Source of the DNA: Octopus vulgaris | Taxonomy: Eukaryota | NCBI GenBank assembly: GCA_951406725.2 | Contig: OX597814.1 | Location: 50,778,001-50,842,000, forward strand | Direction: 5' to 3' | Length of the DNA: 64,000 nt | Shown here: positions 26,230 through 40,414 of the stretch, in pieces | Layout of the letters: each line of letters begins with the position of its first letter | Numbering within the stretch: position 1 is the stretch's first letter | The notes under the pieces: model-generated | Told to the model about the DNA's origin: nothing | Seen by the model: the letters and a program-made list of their open reading frames with translations, nothing else | Database searches by the model: none | Translations under genes and position numbers: made by a program

Positions 26230-27348
26230 ATCTGGACAAAAGCCCTATAGTTAAAGTGTGAAAGTGGACAAAAGCCCCACAGTTATATTTTTTGATTATT
26301 TTATCGTTTTTTTTTTTCTTTGTACTTGTTGCAGTCATTAGACTGTGGCCATGCTGGGGCACCACCTTGAGAAATTTTTAGTCAAATGTATCGACCTAGA
26401 ATTGTTTTAATGATTTTCAACCAGCACATGAAGTTAAGCCGAGAAGGTCTCTCCACATGCTAGAAATAACAACCAAATCGCTTGAAAGTTTTTTTATGAC
26501 CCCTTCAGTTATATTTTATGGTTATTCTTCGATTTTTTTTTTTTTTTCTAGAAATCTTTTTACTTGTTTCAGTCATTTGACTGTGGCGATGCTGGGACAC
26601 CACCTTGTAAAATTTTTAGTTAAATATATCGACCCCAGAATCTTTTTTAGGTGATTTTCAGCCAGCCTAGAAGGTCTCGCCACATACTAAAAATAACAGC
26701 CAAATCTTTAAAAAAAATTCTTTTTTAATTTCATATAAACAAAAACAGAAATTGCAGTTGCCAAAAAAAAAAAGCTTTTATTTTCCGAAATTCCAATTTT
26801 TAAGTAAACAAAATATATTCAATCGAAAAAAATAAGTAGAATAGAATAACAGAACACAAGACTCTTTACTACTCAATGTACATATTGTCTGAATTCTAAC
26901 AAAACGGAAAACATTTACTTCAATAAATGTGTAGAAACATAAAAACTATAAGTATGTTTGAATGACTAGACTTCAGTCCATAATTCTGTTAGACTTTCAA
27001 CAACCGAGAAAGTTCAAAAGGTCAACTCATTCTCATTAATCTGTAAGTGCTGAGAGAAGAAAACTTTAAATTTAAATTGAAAGAAGACTTTTAATTTAAA
27101 TTTTAAAACACTGATTTTCCTGCACCTAAAAATTCTTCAAGTGCCCCAGTATGGCTGCAGTCTAATAACTGCAACAAGTAAAATTTTTTTTAAATTCTGG
27201 TATCAATACATTCAGCTAAAAATTCTTCAAGGCAGTGCCCCAGCATAGCTACAATCTAATGACTGTAACAAGTAAAAGGTGAAAAAAAAAAACAAAAGCA
27301 AAATATATATAACCGTGGGGCTTTTGTCAGAGGGACTTTTGTCCTACA
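26230..27348. mobile_element. Putative TIR DNA element with ggacaaaagcccc terminal motifs and nested SINE tails
   Basis: ggacaaaagccc...ggacaaaagccccacagttatat (26233-26287) is inverted relative to atatataaccgtggggcttttgtc...ggacttttgtcc (27305-27344). Confidence 0.55.
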
Positions 27349-27409
27349 CATTGATTACACAGGCAACTAGTACCATCACTGTTATTTCAATAGTTACTTT
27401 TTATATTTT

Positions 27410-27757
27410 ATTTGTTCCAGTCATTAGACTATGGCCATGCTGCAGCAGCATCTTGGAGAATTTTAGTCAAACAAATTGACCTCGGTGCTTTTTATTTTTT
27501 GTAAAGCTTGGTACTTATTCTATCAGTTCCTTTTGCTGAACTACCAAGTTAGAGGGACATAAACTCAACAGCACCAGTTGTCATACACAAAGTCACACAC
27601 ACTGATATATACAATGGGCTTCTTTCAGTTTCCATCAACCAAATCCACTCACAAGGCTTTGGTTGGCCCAAAGCTATAGAAGACATTTACCCAGTGGGAC
27701 TGAATCTGGAACCATGTAGTTTGGAAGTAAACTTCTTACCATATAGCCATACCTACT
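27410..27757 (-). mobile_element. SINE family A (diverged)
   Basis: Reverse-complement similarity to 22208-22647. Confidence 0.75.
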
Positions 27758-28863
27758 CTTATAGTTAATTAAAAAAAGAAAATGGTGATATCTAACAATA
27801 AAATTGCTTTCTACAGCAATATCCAAATAGTCAAATTTGTTATATATTACTCATAGACAAGGGGACAGTACCTTTGAGATCAATGTTATTGATGTTCCAC
27901 TTAATTTTTTTTCCAGGAAAATTAAGGGTATAGAAGGAATTTTATAGGGTAGAATATAAGCTTTGAAAAGGAACAATTTCCCAAAAATATTTAGTAGAAG
28001 ACCTAAGGGATGCGCTACAGTAGAAATGATGAGAATTGAAGAGAAAATCATTTGAGTTTGATTAGATGTCATGTACAGCTTGTTAGTTTATAGCCACACA
28101 AGTAGATGCAATTGTACCAGAAAAACAAAAATTGCATTTTATATTTTTGAGGATTTTTACTTCCATTTAATCCTTTTTAATTTTTGCATGAATAATTTTA
28201 TCCCCTTTTTTTGTTTAAAGTCAACCCTGCTAAATGACGTATGCAATTGTTTTTCTTTTACACCATTTTCCTTCCGCCAAACACAAAAACAACATATTGA
28301 ATTCCAAATAACTTCATTTTCTAAACTCCCTTCTTTTAACTCCACCACCATTTTCTTCCCCTTGCTTTCTCTTCTTTTTCCTCCTTTCAGTTTTGTCATA
28401 CTTGTCTCTCTCTCTATCTCTCTCACTTAATCTATAATTCTCACTCTTGTTCTACAGTACCTATCTCTATCTCATACTCTCCCCATCCCTCTCCATATAT
28501 CACACTCTCTTTGCTCCATTTCTTATTCTTTTTATACTTTGTCTCTCTGTTACAACCATTCTCTCTTTTCTGACATTGTTTTTCATTAAAGTGGTATCCA
28601 TAATTATGAGTTTAATTCACACACAGGCTGATGTTTCTTTCCAATACTTTGGTCTAGTTTTTTTTTATATGGTCTACAGGAGGAAGAGCAATATTCATGG
28701 CCCTTTTCAGGATATCTGTGACTGGTGTGAGGAAATTACTAAATGCTTGTAAGATTGGCCTCCGCTGATGGTTGAGTGATGATGTTAAACCAGACAACAG
28801 GTCAAGCCTACTACCCCTAAACACAGTGTTTGTCTGTCAGTTTCTCTCTTTCTCTCTCTCTCC

Positions 28864-28920
<57 letters not shown>

Positions 28921-29177
28921 TTTAATCACAGTTTCCTCAGTTTCTGTATACTAAATTTTATTCAATTTGCTTTAGTTGGCCTGAAGTTATGGTAGCAGAC
29001 ACTTATCCAAAGTACTGCACTGAGGGAATATACCCAAGACCATTCCAAAGTAAACATCTTAGCTGCATTGTTGCTATTGTTGTTATATATACTGACATTA
29101 TACTGACGTTGATTCGCATATAAGAACCTTCAATAAAAGATGGCCTTTACTGTAGAGGAGCTGGAGGATATCAATTA

Positions 29178-29545
29178 TGATCATCATTATCGTTTAACGT
29201 CTGTTTTCCATGCTATCAAGAGTTGGACAGTTCGACCGGGGTCTGGGAAGCCAGGAGGCTGCACCAGGCTCTTGTCTGATCTGGCAGTGTTTCTACAGCT
29301 GGATGCCCTTCCTAATGCCAACCACTCCGTGAGTGTAGTGGGTGCTTTTTATGTGCCACCGGCACAGAAGCCAGAGAAGGCTGGCAAACAGCCACGATCG
29401 GTTGGTGCTTTTTACATGTCACCAACACGGATGCCAGTCAGACGGCACTGGCGTCGGCCACGTTCGGATGGTGCTTTTTTACAAACGGCCACTTTCGGAT
29501 GGTGCTTTTTACAAACGGCCACAATCAGTTGGTGCTTTTTAGAGA
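29178..29545 (-). mobile_element. RTE 3' tail fragment
   Basis: Same sequence family as 6836-7150. Confidence 0.85.
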
Positions 29546-29919
29546 CGGGGGAGAGAGAGAGAGAGAGAAAGTGATGGATAACAATAGAGTTGGGTAATTA
29601 TAAAAGAGATGTGGCTGTAAATAAAGAGTGGCATGTGGTAGGGAAGATGGCTGTTTTAAGTAAAGAAGCCTGGCAGTAGGGGGTTATTGAATATGGACAG
29701 GTCCTTCATGATTCAAAACGGTTGATGGTAGAGGGAACTGAACTTAGGTATGGCATTTTTCATTACACTGATGTTGTATAGCAATAAATAGGGGAGAGTG
29801 TGAGTAATAGATGAGAGAGTAATAAGGATAGGAGAGCACTGGACAGAGACTCCACAGGAACATAACAGGCAACAAAGACCCAAATGAAGGTATGTTATCC
29901 ATCAAAACCTCCACCACAA

Positions 29920-30840
29920 TCATCATCATTGTTTAACATCTGTTTTCCATGCTTTCATGAGTTGGCCAGTTTGATAGGAGCTGGCAAGCCAGAGAGCTGC
30001 ATTAGACTCCTTTTGTCTGATTTGGCATGGTTTCTATGGTTGGATGCTCTTCCTAATGCCAACCACTTTACTGAATTACTTTCCTTCCTTTTTAATATCT
30101 ATTTTCCTATGCTAACCCTGCACTCATCATAGTTCTTTGTCATTTTCTTCATGGAGTTAAGTTTCTTAACAGTCCTCACCACTTGGTTCAATGTCTTCCT
30201 CTGTCTCCCTCTTCCACATGCTACATCGGATTCCTCCTATATCCAGTGTTTTTTTTTTATATATTTCTTACTTCATTTCTGCTCCATCATTAATGCATTA
30301 CACATCCAGAACAAAATGCTCACCGCTTTTCTTTTTGTAGTCTGTGTAAATTCTCTATATTCAAGGCCCACATCTCATTACCATGCACCATCACACTTTG
30401 TACACAAGCATCATACAAGCTACCCTTTACTCTGGGCAAGAAACACCTTGTTACCAACAGAGGTGTAGTTCCATGAACTTTTCCACCCAGTTCTTACTCT
30501 AGCAACTATGTTTTCAGAACATCCACTCCCACAGCTAATTAGGTTACCTGGGTAATAACAGCTATCAACTACTTCTAAACACCCGGTGCATCTGCCACAT
30601 ACAATGTCTATTTTCTTTGTCAGCCTACTTGTGATTCCTCTACCCTTGTGCATTCATAGTTTTCACTAGATACACCATATGGAATTCTATCGACTTTTTT
30701 CTATATTCCAAACATGACCATTTCTCTGATAAAAGCAGGGTCCTATCTTATTTACTACTTAATAATACTTCTTTGCTAAGTTTACTTTGAGGCCTCTAAA
30801 TTTTAGGTTTTGTTTCCATATCTGGAATTTCTTCTTGAAA
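29920..30840 (-). mobile_element. Older RTE copy (tail plus decayed ORF 3' half)
   Basis: IVCGRCTG...EVVDSCYYPGNLISCGSGCSENIVARVRTGWK is homologous to the 7.4 kb RT C-terminus; tail at 29920-30070. Confidence 0.75.
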
Positions 30841-30892
30841 TCTTCCACAGACATAACTATTTATTATCTAAAGTGAAGCCTGTCTAATCTCA

Positions 30893-31179
30893 CTCTTTTA
30901 CTCGTTTACTTGTTTCAGTCATTTGACTGTGGCCATGCTGGAGCACCACCTTTAGTCGAGCAAATCAACCCCGGGACTTATTCTTTTGTAAGCCCAGTAC
31001 TTATTCTATCGGTCTCTTTTGCCAAACCGCTAAGTAACGGGGACATAAACACACCAGCATCGGTTGTCAAGCAATGCTAGGGGGACAAACACAGACACAC
31101 AAACATACACACACACATATATATATATACATATATACGACAGGCTTCTTTCAGTTTCCGTCTACCAAATCCACTCACA
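30893..31179 (-). mobile_element. SINE family A, 5'-truncated, well preserved
   Basis: Near-identical to the reverse complement of 22330-22640. Confidence 0.9.
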
Positions 31180-34100
31180 TTGTAATTGACTGTTGTTTGA
31201 TATGTAGACTGTTCATAGTCTACATATCATAAGTAGTAATAGACTACTTATGCTACTCTACTGCAACCTGAAATATAAATTTAACAAAATGATGGTTTAC
31301 GTATCTATTGTCTTATTTTAAAACAGTTATATTTTATATTTTAAATAACCAATACTCATTAGGTTATTGCAATTAAAATAAGCTTGGAGATAAAAGTTAG
31401 TTTTAAGTCAGGTCAGGTAGTACAGGAGTCAATTTGTTTTCTGCTCAATTTCTGAAGTAATCTTCTATCAGGTGGTGTTGTAATATCAGTTACTTTCAGA
31501 ACTCCCAGATCTATACAACAGAATATCTAGATTTAGGCAGTCAAAGAGTATGTATACTAAGCCCACACATAATCAGAATTGGGTATTAGCATAACAAATA
31601 CACCAGTTTTATGATAGTGTAGCACTGATAACAACACTATGTAGTGATATTGGTGATGTTAGGAGGTGGTAAGGATGATGTGATGCATAATTGAAATATA
31701 GTGCATATATGTATTCTCAGTAGAATTCAACCAAGAGCAGATTAAAATAGAAGTCATTAGGCTAGATATCTCTTACATTTCTTTTCCCCTGCGGTAAAAC
31801 ACCTTTGGGTGATATGGAAAGCAAAAACAAAAAGAAAGAAAGAAAAGCTTAATATATGTAATTACTATTTTAGAATTGTATTTTGTTGTTAGTTTGAAAA
31901 TAAAAGATTACTTTGTCTCTAAAACAGTCAATTTATGTTTCTTTTTCTCCTTACAATTGAAAGTTATATGTGTAACGGGTGGAGTGGTAGTATATGACAT
32001 TGAAGTGGATTGCTTACTGTCCATTTATATAGTCATGCATAAAACAATACAGAATTGATTAGCTAAGTAAAAATGCTAACATAGATGCAAAGGCAGAAAT
32101 TTGGTGCTTGAATGTAGTCAACAGTTACAATAACCTATTACTTAACTGGTATTTATCCAATTTCTCCCACCAGGAAAATTGATCTTGGTAGAATCTGAAC
32201 TTACTCAAAAATGACAGCAAAACAACTGCTCTTGTGATTCAATATTTCCCAAATTTGAGTTTTAGAAATTTTTGTCCAAAATTCATTCTATTGAAAATTA
32301 AATTCATTTTGCCATAATGGTTATAGAATTCTCTCAGGTCCATTGAAGGACTTCAACTCAACACTGCTAAGGAAAATGCTCATTAATTGTTCAATGCACC
32401 TGATGTTCACAGCAGTGCACTGAACTTGTGCATGGTACATATTATTTATAGCTTTGTGGATTAGTTCAAGGAGAATTAAACATGATGGTGAAATATGCAA
32501 CCCAGTGTTAGTTGGTGATAAGGATTCGATACATTGTCCTTAGGATAGTGATCTTTTAATCTTTCATGTTACCAATTTGCAGATATACAAGTTCCAGTTT
32601 GAAATTAAAAATATCATATTAAAGGCTAACAATCTGAAAATAACATGATATAGTTTGATTACATTTAATATCATACCTCTTCACTTTTCCATTCCATAAT
32701 TAAGAATGACAACAAAAGGGAATTTTTCCTTCCATTCTTGTTGAATGCTGGAATGACTATGTTTTAGAAGTTTATTTTCCAACTATGGTTGATATCTTCT
32801 ACTGTAGCTTTAGGTTAACCAATACCTTAAAGTGGTATTTGGTAAAAAGAGACGGGGATAAAGCCCCTTATATTATCTATGCTTGTGTGTGTTTATGTTT
32901 ATCAATGAGTGTCAAGAAGGCAACTTGACCATATTATATATACAGAGAGAGAGACTGATAAAATAAATACCAGACTAAAAATAAACACTGAGGTTGATAT
33001 GATTGACTACTGCCTTTGAATGTGGTGCCCCAGCATGGTCTTACCCCACTGACTGAAATCAGTAATAGAATGAAATGTAAGGGCAGTTTTTGAATCTATA
33101 TTGTACTGCTATTATAGCTCAAGTCTTTTCTATGTATCTGTTGGAGAAAATGCTTCTATTTCATGGTGTTTTTCATTTTTTTTATCTAAGTTATTGCTCA
33201 CCCAACATATGTTCATATAGCCTAATAACAAAGTAGAACTTCCTAATTCCAATATTCACCAGAATGGGCAATGAAGTTGTCTTTGAAGTAAGCAAACTAG
33301 ATAAAACTAGAGGCACTAAATTTGGTTTCTCGTTGGATACATTTGAATAATATAGACTTTCATATTATATTGTAAAGAAAAATAACTTTTCAAAATTGTA
33401 TTAATGAAACTATACCAATTAGGAAAATTTTATTATAACAAGCTGCTTTATCAAAGCTTTATTACTTACCAGTGATGTATTTTCAATTTTTGTGGGTTTT
33501 TTCCTTTTTTCCCCAAAAGAAGAATATTTATATAAGGATTTCAGCCCCCATAATACTTTGAGTTCAATGCTCAGTTTCTACTGATTTTCTATGTGCAGGT
33601 GTGTGAAGGTGTTTTGTTTATTCAGTATTTGCTGCTAATAGCAAGATGGAAACCATGGTTATTACATTATTAAAATATAAATCTTTTAGCTATTTAAACT
33701 AGTACAGATATAGAAGTAATATTTTAAATATCATATTAATTTACTTTGTGTAGGCTTTGAGACTTCACTTATAAAATACTATCTATTTGGGGAAAGAAAA
33801 CTAATCAAGTAGATAATATACATTTCAGCCCAATATTGCAAACTGCTTTCTCATCCACATGAAGAAAGATTGTGAAATCTGAGTGATGTACAAGATTCTG
33901 TAGAGTGGAAAATCCGACTCAGTTTTTATTTGTACCCATGAATTTAGGATATTAATTCTGTGATAAGAGAAGATTTAATTAACCAACAGAAGGATAATAT
34001 TTTGAACATATGTAGTTTAAAGTTGTCAAATGATTTATGTTACAAATAAATATACTTTATCTGTTTTATCTTTATGAATTAGTTTATTTGTGTGTGGTAA

Positions 34101-34224
34101 GGGTTGGGTGGGTGCTAAATGCAAATATAGAACTTTAAAAAGTTTTTACTGGTTTCACATTGGTTGTTCAGACTTTCTAGGCAGTCATTGGATTAGTGGA
34201 AAACAAGATTATACCAAATATGTT

Positions 34225-34400
34225 ATTTAATCCCAGACTAGCTCTAATCAGGTGGACTTATTTATGATCATCGACATTCTAGATGTGACCAACTTGTCTT
34301 TTTTTATATTTTAAGCACAGTTTAATTAAGATTACATCATTCAGTGAGATAATAGAGTGCAGTCTGAGGGAGATGTCACTATTATTTTTAGCATAGAGTT
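34225..34400. repeat. Dispersed unclassified repeat; other copies at about 38095-38280, 41330-41500 and 42525-42700
   Basis: Shared tatgatcaaaggcattccag.catgacc...ctttt...gctattttctagca blocks. Confidence 0.55.
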
Positions 34401-35097
34401 TCCTTCACTGTTCAATTTATTATTGTTGCTATAAGAAATGGTTCAAGAGAAATGGACTAAATTTTCATTATCATCAACAAAATGTATCATCAGATAGTGA
34501 GTTGTTAATTGTGTTAGAATACTACTTATGAGTAAACCAACATTGAAGGAAGGAAAGTATTCACTTTTCAGTTGTAATACAGTTGTCAATGTGTTGAAAT
34601 ATCATTTTAGAGGAAACTTAAGAAGTGAAGACAAGGTTCCTTCATGTGTTTCTTGACGTGATGGTATAAGTGTAAAATGATTTCACTGAATATTGAAGTG
34701 ATAGCAATGAAAGTCATTGATATGGGCATGTGAGTATAACATAGATTGAGAGAATTTGTGTTGTCATGGAAGAATCGTTAAAATGTGAGAAACAATGCCT
34801 TGGGGTATTTTTTCTGGATCTCTGTGTATTGTGAAATCCCAATAGGGATCAGCATTGCCTGTTGTTCTTTCAGAGTCAATAAAATAAAGAATCAGTCCAG
34901 GACAGTGTACTGGTGGAAATAGTTAGAGCCTTCTATGGTTGTTCTCGTTGTTAATGTTTTGAGTTCTTGGGTGCAGATTTAAACCATTGCTCAGCTTAAC
35001 ACCACTACCTGGTCCCATGAGTGCATATAGCATAGTTCTATGCTAGACATATTCAGGCAAGCTCTCTTGTTTGAGGATAATTTCCTTGCTTTCTGCC

Positions 35098-35134
<37 letters not shown>

Positions 35135-35224
35135 CCCCTGAATTAATGGTATATGCATATATGAACCCTGAGTTCATAATGTATACATATATGATGTGTT
35201 TTATCAATGTTATTGCTGGAGAAT

Positions 35225-35415
35225 TCATCACCATTTAATGTCTGTTGTCCATGCTGGTATGGTTTGGACGGTTTGACTGGGCTGGCAAGCTGGAAGGCTG
35301 CACCAGACTCCAGTCTGATTTGGTTTTCTATGGCTAGATGCCCTTCCTAATGCCAACCACTCCGAGATTGAGGTGTTTTTATGTCACCGGCACGGGTGCC
35401 ATTTGCATGACACTG
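35225..35415 (-). mobile_element. RTE 3' tail fragment
   Basis: gatgcccttcctaatgccaaccactcc core. Confidence 0.8.
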
Positions 35416-38400
35416 GGGTGCGTTTACAAAATAATTTTGCTACCAATAACATTAGCAATTAAGATTAAAAATAATTATTTGCATTTAGATTGAGGTGGTT
35501 TTAGCAGGTAAGGATACTGTAAAGATTCTGTGTCACCAATATAATTCTATTTTACACTAAATTACAAATTTACTTAAAATGTTTTCTGGTTACTACAGAT
35601 AACTGTTATGAAAAATAACATTCTATTTACTTTTTAATTCACTCACTACACCTTGTTGGTAAAGTTCCACATCGTTTCAGACATTTCAGAATTTTTATAA
35701 TTAAATTACACTTTTTTTTAAAATATGCTTTTGATCACATATTTGCACATGTTAGAGGAATTTTTCATTCCTTTTTCTTTTAAGAAGCAGCTATGTTAAT
35801 AAAGCAAACAAAAAAAAAAAACAGTAAAAATGATTAAAAAAACTCAGTCATACATAAATTCAAATGAAAAATGAATAAATGAAAAAAATCATGTATGGTT
35901 TGGCAATATTGACAAGTTAAACATAATATTGTACAATGTAGCTAGACAATATCAATAGTTGCACTCAGATGAATTGATTGATACCAATTGAACATGAATT
36001 TATATTGAGTGCCTTGATTTCAGCAATTAGTGTTTAATCCATTTTCAGAGTGAACAATTTACCAGCAAATCAAAGCTAATTAATAGCAAAGGTTAAATGT
36101 ATTCATATAAAACACTGAACTGTGTGAAGCATTCAAGGAAAAAATTGAATTTAGGTTCAGAAATTTCAAACAACTTTGAAATTATTATGTTCAAATACTT
36201 GTTGAGTTGGCAAATATCTACAAAATCCATTATATTTAATTAGATAATTGCGATAATTTATATTAGTGAAATGCATTCATGTTTACATACGCACATACAA
36301 CTTAACACACATGTACTCACACACTTGAGCATATTAAAGGTTCGCTAAACACACTTCAAATTTTATTATTTGCTATTACTGTGTAATGAAATCATATTTT
36401 TAAAATATATTTTTTCAATCCTTAATTTAATTTTTTCATGTATTTTAAATGTGAAAACCTCATATATTGAGTCCACTAAAGGCTTGTGGGTGAAATTTTT
36501 GGTGACAGGAACTGCATCTGCCATTGGAGAGACCAAGGTACCCAGTTTAACACTACCACCTGTACCTTGGTTGTCTTTAGCATTTTGATGAATCAGGTCT
36601 TCAATGACAGAATAACTTCCTCCACTGAATCTGAAGGGCCCTGTAAAAGGTTTTGGCAACTGTCCATCATACTCTCACAAAATCATAATATAAATTTAAA
36701 AACTTTATCCATTGAAACTTAACTTCAGTTTAGAAGCCAAAGAAGTCAATATTCTGAATTGGTAAAAATCATTTATAAAAAAATAAAAGAATGCAGTATG
36801 ATTAACTAATTTCAGCCTGCAATTTGCAATGATCTAAAGAGAGATTCATTATTGTCAAAACTCTTGAACATCATAATTACCATCATCATCATCATCATCA
36901 CTTAACACCATTCTTCCATTGCTGTCAAGGGTTAAATGGTTTGATAGGATCCGAGAGGCTCAAGGACTGCATCATGCTCCACTGCTTATTTTGGCATGGT
37001 TCCTTTTGGCATGGATGACGTTCCTAAAGCCAACCATTTTACAGTGTACACTAGGTGCATTTTTTCATGCCACCAACACTAGTGAGGTTATCATGAGATT
37101 GATTGGGATGGAGCAAGAAAAGATAAAAACAGCAGTGATGAAGTAACTATGAGGCCCTCGAGGCTGAGTAAACCAGGGCAGAAAAACCAGGAGTGAAAAT
37201 GTATAAAGTTGCAAGACTGTGGGGAAGAATGGACGATGGAGTGGGCAGTGAATATAATAGATGAAAAACAAGTGTTGAGTGGATAATAAGTAGGGGAGGT
37301 AGGGAAGAGTAGTTGAGATTGAGTAAGGTTGGGGGTTTTAATGTAGTGAATGATGGAGAAGGGGTATATCTATTTAGTTTAAATTTTTGTGGTGTTTCTA
37401 TTCAGCTATTAGCATCACTTTTTGTGTTATTAATTACATTGTGTAATTGTTTTAATTGATTCTACAAATATTTTCAGTTACAGTATTTCTACATATTGAA
37501 TTAGGATTGAATGAAAGAGATGTTATGAGAAGGTGATTGTAAAATATATCCATCAAAGTACAGTGCAGTAAAATACACAAAAGATGAAATTAATTAATAA
37601 TCTAATGAATTTTTGTGATTATATTATAAAATAATCTAAGAATCTCTTTTCATTAACACCCTGCGTGTATGTATCTGTAAACATATTTACGTGGACTAAT
37701 TTAATATTAAGAAAGGATATAAAATACATGTCATTCTAAGTGGACCATCTGCCGTAATGCTATATAGTTCTAAAGTTATAATCCACATCCTGTAAAATAT
37801 CACAACAAATCAGTCCTACTTAAAACATTTAAATATCACCATGTGTCCAGAGGACTGGTGTGCTTTTACGGTAATGCTACATATGCCTCATATACAACTA
37901 GAATTGCTAAGTAGAAGTTAAAATGTCAGTTGTTTAGAAGAAACAGATTCTTGAACCGGTAATAATGCTGAATTAAGGTAAATTTTAAAATATATTTCAG
38001 TTACTCAGATAATCTCTGAAGACTTTTCATTTAAGTTACTATTTCAGTTATAATAAAACTATGGCTTCAAGCTCTTCAATCCATCATTATTGTTGCTGTT
38101 GTCTAAGGTTGGTGTTGACTGAACAGACTTATGATGAAAGGCATTCTAGCTATAGCTATTCTGTCTTTTTTTCAATTATTTTGTGCATCTAGTATTATAA
38201 ATTTACAATGTGCCCTTCATTTTTTTAAGACAATAGAGTATGATGTGAGAAAGATTTTGCTGTTATTTCTAGCACATTGTCTCTGTTGTTTGCTTATTTG
38301 CATCTTAGCAGCAGCTAGGAATATAAATGCGAATTATCTTGATCTATATTCTTCCTTGAATTCTAAGCTAGAGAAGAGTATGTGGTGCATATTGAAATTT

Positions 38401-38689
38401 CAAAGGCACTGTCTTTCTGAACAAAACAAAAACTTACAATAACCATTTACTGACAAAATATTCACCTTGCTTCAGTCATTTTGAGTAGCTCTGAACCTGA
38501 CTCCAATGGTATGAGGTGAACAGCTTAGTCATCATCATCATCAGAAGAAAAAAGACAGCAAAGAGCACCCATTGACTTTCGTGCAGAGCCTTCATGATAA
38601 GTTGTGAAAGGAGAGGAAGAAATAAACCATAGCTCATGGATTATTTGCTGACCAAAAATATTGTCTAGTATCATGTGACTAAATGGATA

Positions 38690-38975
38690 CCACAGTTGCA
38701 TTGTTGTGAAGTTTACAACTTCTTGATTCTAAGTTCAATCCCAATGCATGGCAACTTGCAAATATGGCGAGTATGTTCTACCATAGCCTCAAGCTAAACC
38801 AATGCCTTGTGAGTGAAATTTTTTTGGCTACTGTAACTTCGCAGTTTGTCAAAAGGAATCGATAGAATAAGTACCAGGCTTTAAAAAAATAATACTGGGA
38901 TCAATTTATTTGACTAAAATTCAAGACAGTGCCCCAGCTTGGCTGCACACTAATGATTGAAACAAGTAAAAGATA
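38690..38975 (+). mobile_element. SINE family A (diverged, internally deleted)
   Basis: gttcaatccc...ccatagcctc...gatagaataagtaccaggct...gaaacaagtaaaaga. Confidence 0.7.
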
Positions 38976-40414
38976 AACAATAATAACAAAAGGATTCATT
39001 TCTGTGGCCTCAGCTTGTATTTAGATTTACTTATGTCATTTGAAGCTGTGTAGAAGCAAAAATTAGTTTTGATTCAGCCTTGGAAATAAGCTGTAAATAT
39101 ATGACTCTTTAATCCAGTTCCTAATATTCATTGAGTCAGATGTAAATCCATTTTCATACAACATTGAAATCTTTGTTATGATATTTGGAATATACTTAAA
39201 ATTTAGTGATCTCATAAAGCTGATACAATTTATTTTCATGAGAATATATATGTTTTTTTTTGTTCAGATTTCTCTAAGTACATATTTCATATATTGATGC
39301 ACATATCCATTGTCATACAATTCACTTTACTTTATGACCTAAGACACTCCTCTGTTATAAAGAGAGTTGATTTTATTATACAATCTTTCTATCTCTTTCT
39401 GTTTGGGCGTTGCTTGTTAAGATGTCATAGTATCCCTGGAGAAGCTACATTTCAAGATAAGAGGGGAATAGTAGCTGCAACATATATATATCTGTCTTAG
39501 AGCATTTGGGATTTAGGTAAATGAAAACTACTACTGTAAGTAATTAACAGGTTCTCACCTCTTCTCTGTACTGGTGTTATACATTCCTTCCAGTGTTTCA
39601 TGGAAGCATTTGAGCTCTGGATTACTAACTAATGAAATACTTCTATCAAAGCTTCAAGTGCTTACTTTTATGAGTTGTGACTTCTGGAATCTATTTAAAG
39701 CTAGGTAGACTGCATTCACCAGGAGATCTCTTCATTGATGATGATAAATCCATATATGCTATAGTAAGCTCCATTTCGCTATATGACATAATCTATGTAT
39801 ATATTGATGTTTCATTGGGAACAACACTCTGATGCACTATATGATAATGTGTGATAAATATATGTTCCATAAATATAAATATATGATTTGCTGAAAATTC
39901 CCTTTATAAATATATCCAGTCAGATAATGTATTTGAAAAAATCCTAATTTACTATATACAATACAACTGATGTTTATTATAGAGGAAATATTGATATTAT
40001 ATTGTCTTACTTGTGAACATAAAATTTCAATACAAAGCACTTTAAACTATTTTATATTTACATATTTCATTAAATATTACTGGTACATAAATAAACACTC
40101 TCTCTCTCTCTTCCCCCCATCCACCACACACACACTGAGTTCCTGCACAGTTTCTACCTACCAATTTCCTTCACAAGGCATTAGTTTGCCTGAGGCTGTA
40201 GCAGAAGTAATTTGCCAAAGATGCCACACCATGGGACTGGACTCCTTCCCCACACCCAACAATTATCAACCCTAAAGATTATCTTCCAAAACGTTTATAA
40301 AATAGGTTATGTTTATTACAAGCAAGCATGGCATTATACATGTCTTACAAAAAGTCATGAAAGGTCACATGATGCCCAAGTGTTACAGGTTGCCCATGCA
40401 ATCATTTTATGAAT

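Noticed and set aside
29140-29574. 144-aa ORF and similar ORFs containing LDALPNANH (1289, 6895, 14543, 18866, 29884)
   Set aside because: They are antisense translations of the RTE 3' UTR repeat
38466-38600. Possible coding exon MKALHESQWVLFAVFFLLMMMMTK... on the minus strand
   Set aside because: The frame stops after about 39 codons and no homology was recognised
39400-39850. Possible very old LINE RT remnant on the minus strand
   Set aside because: Only vague motif resemblance (LTIAYMD, TPVQRRG); cannot be supported without an alignment
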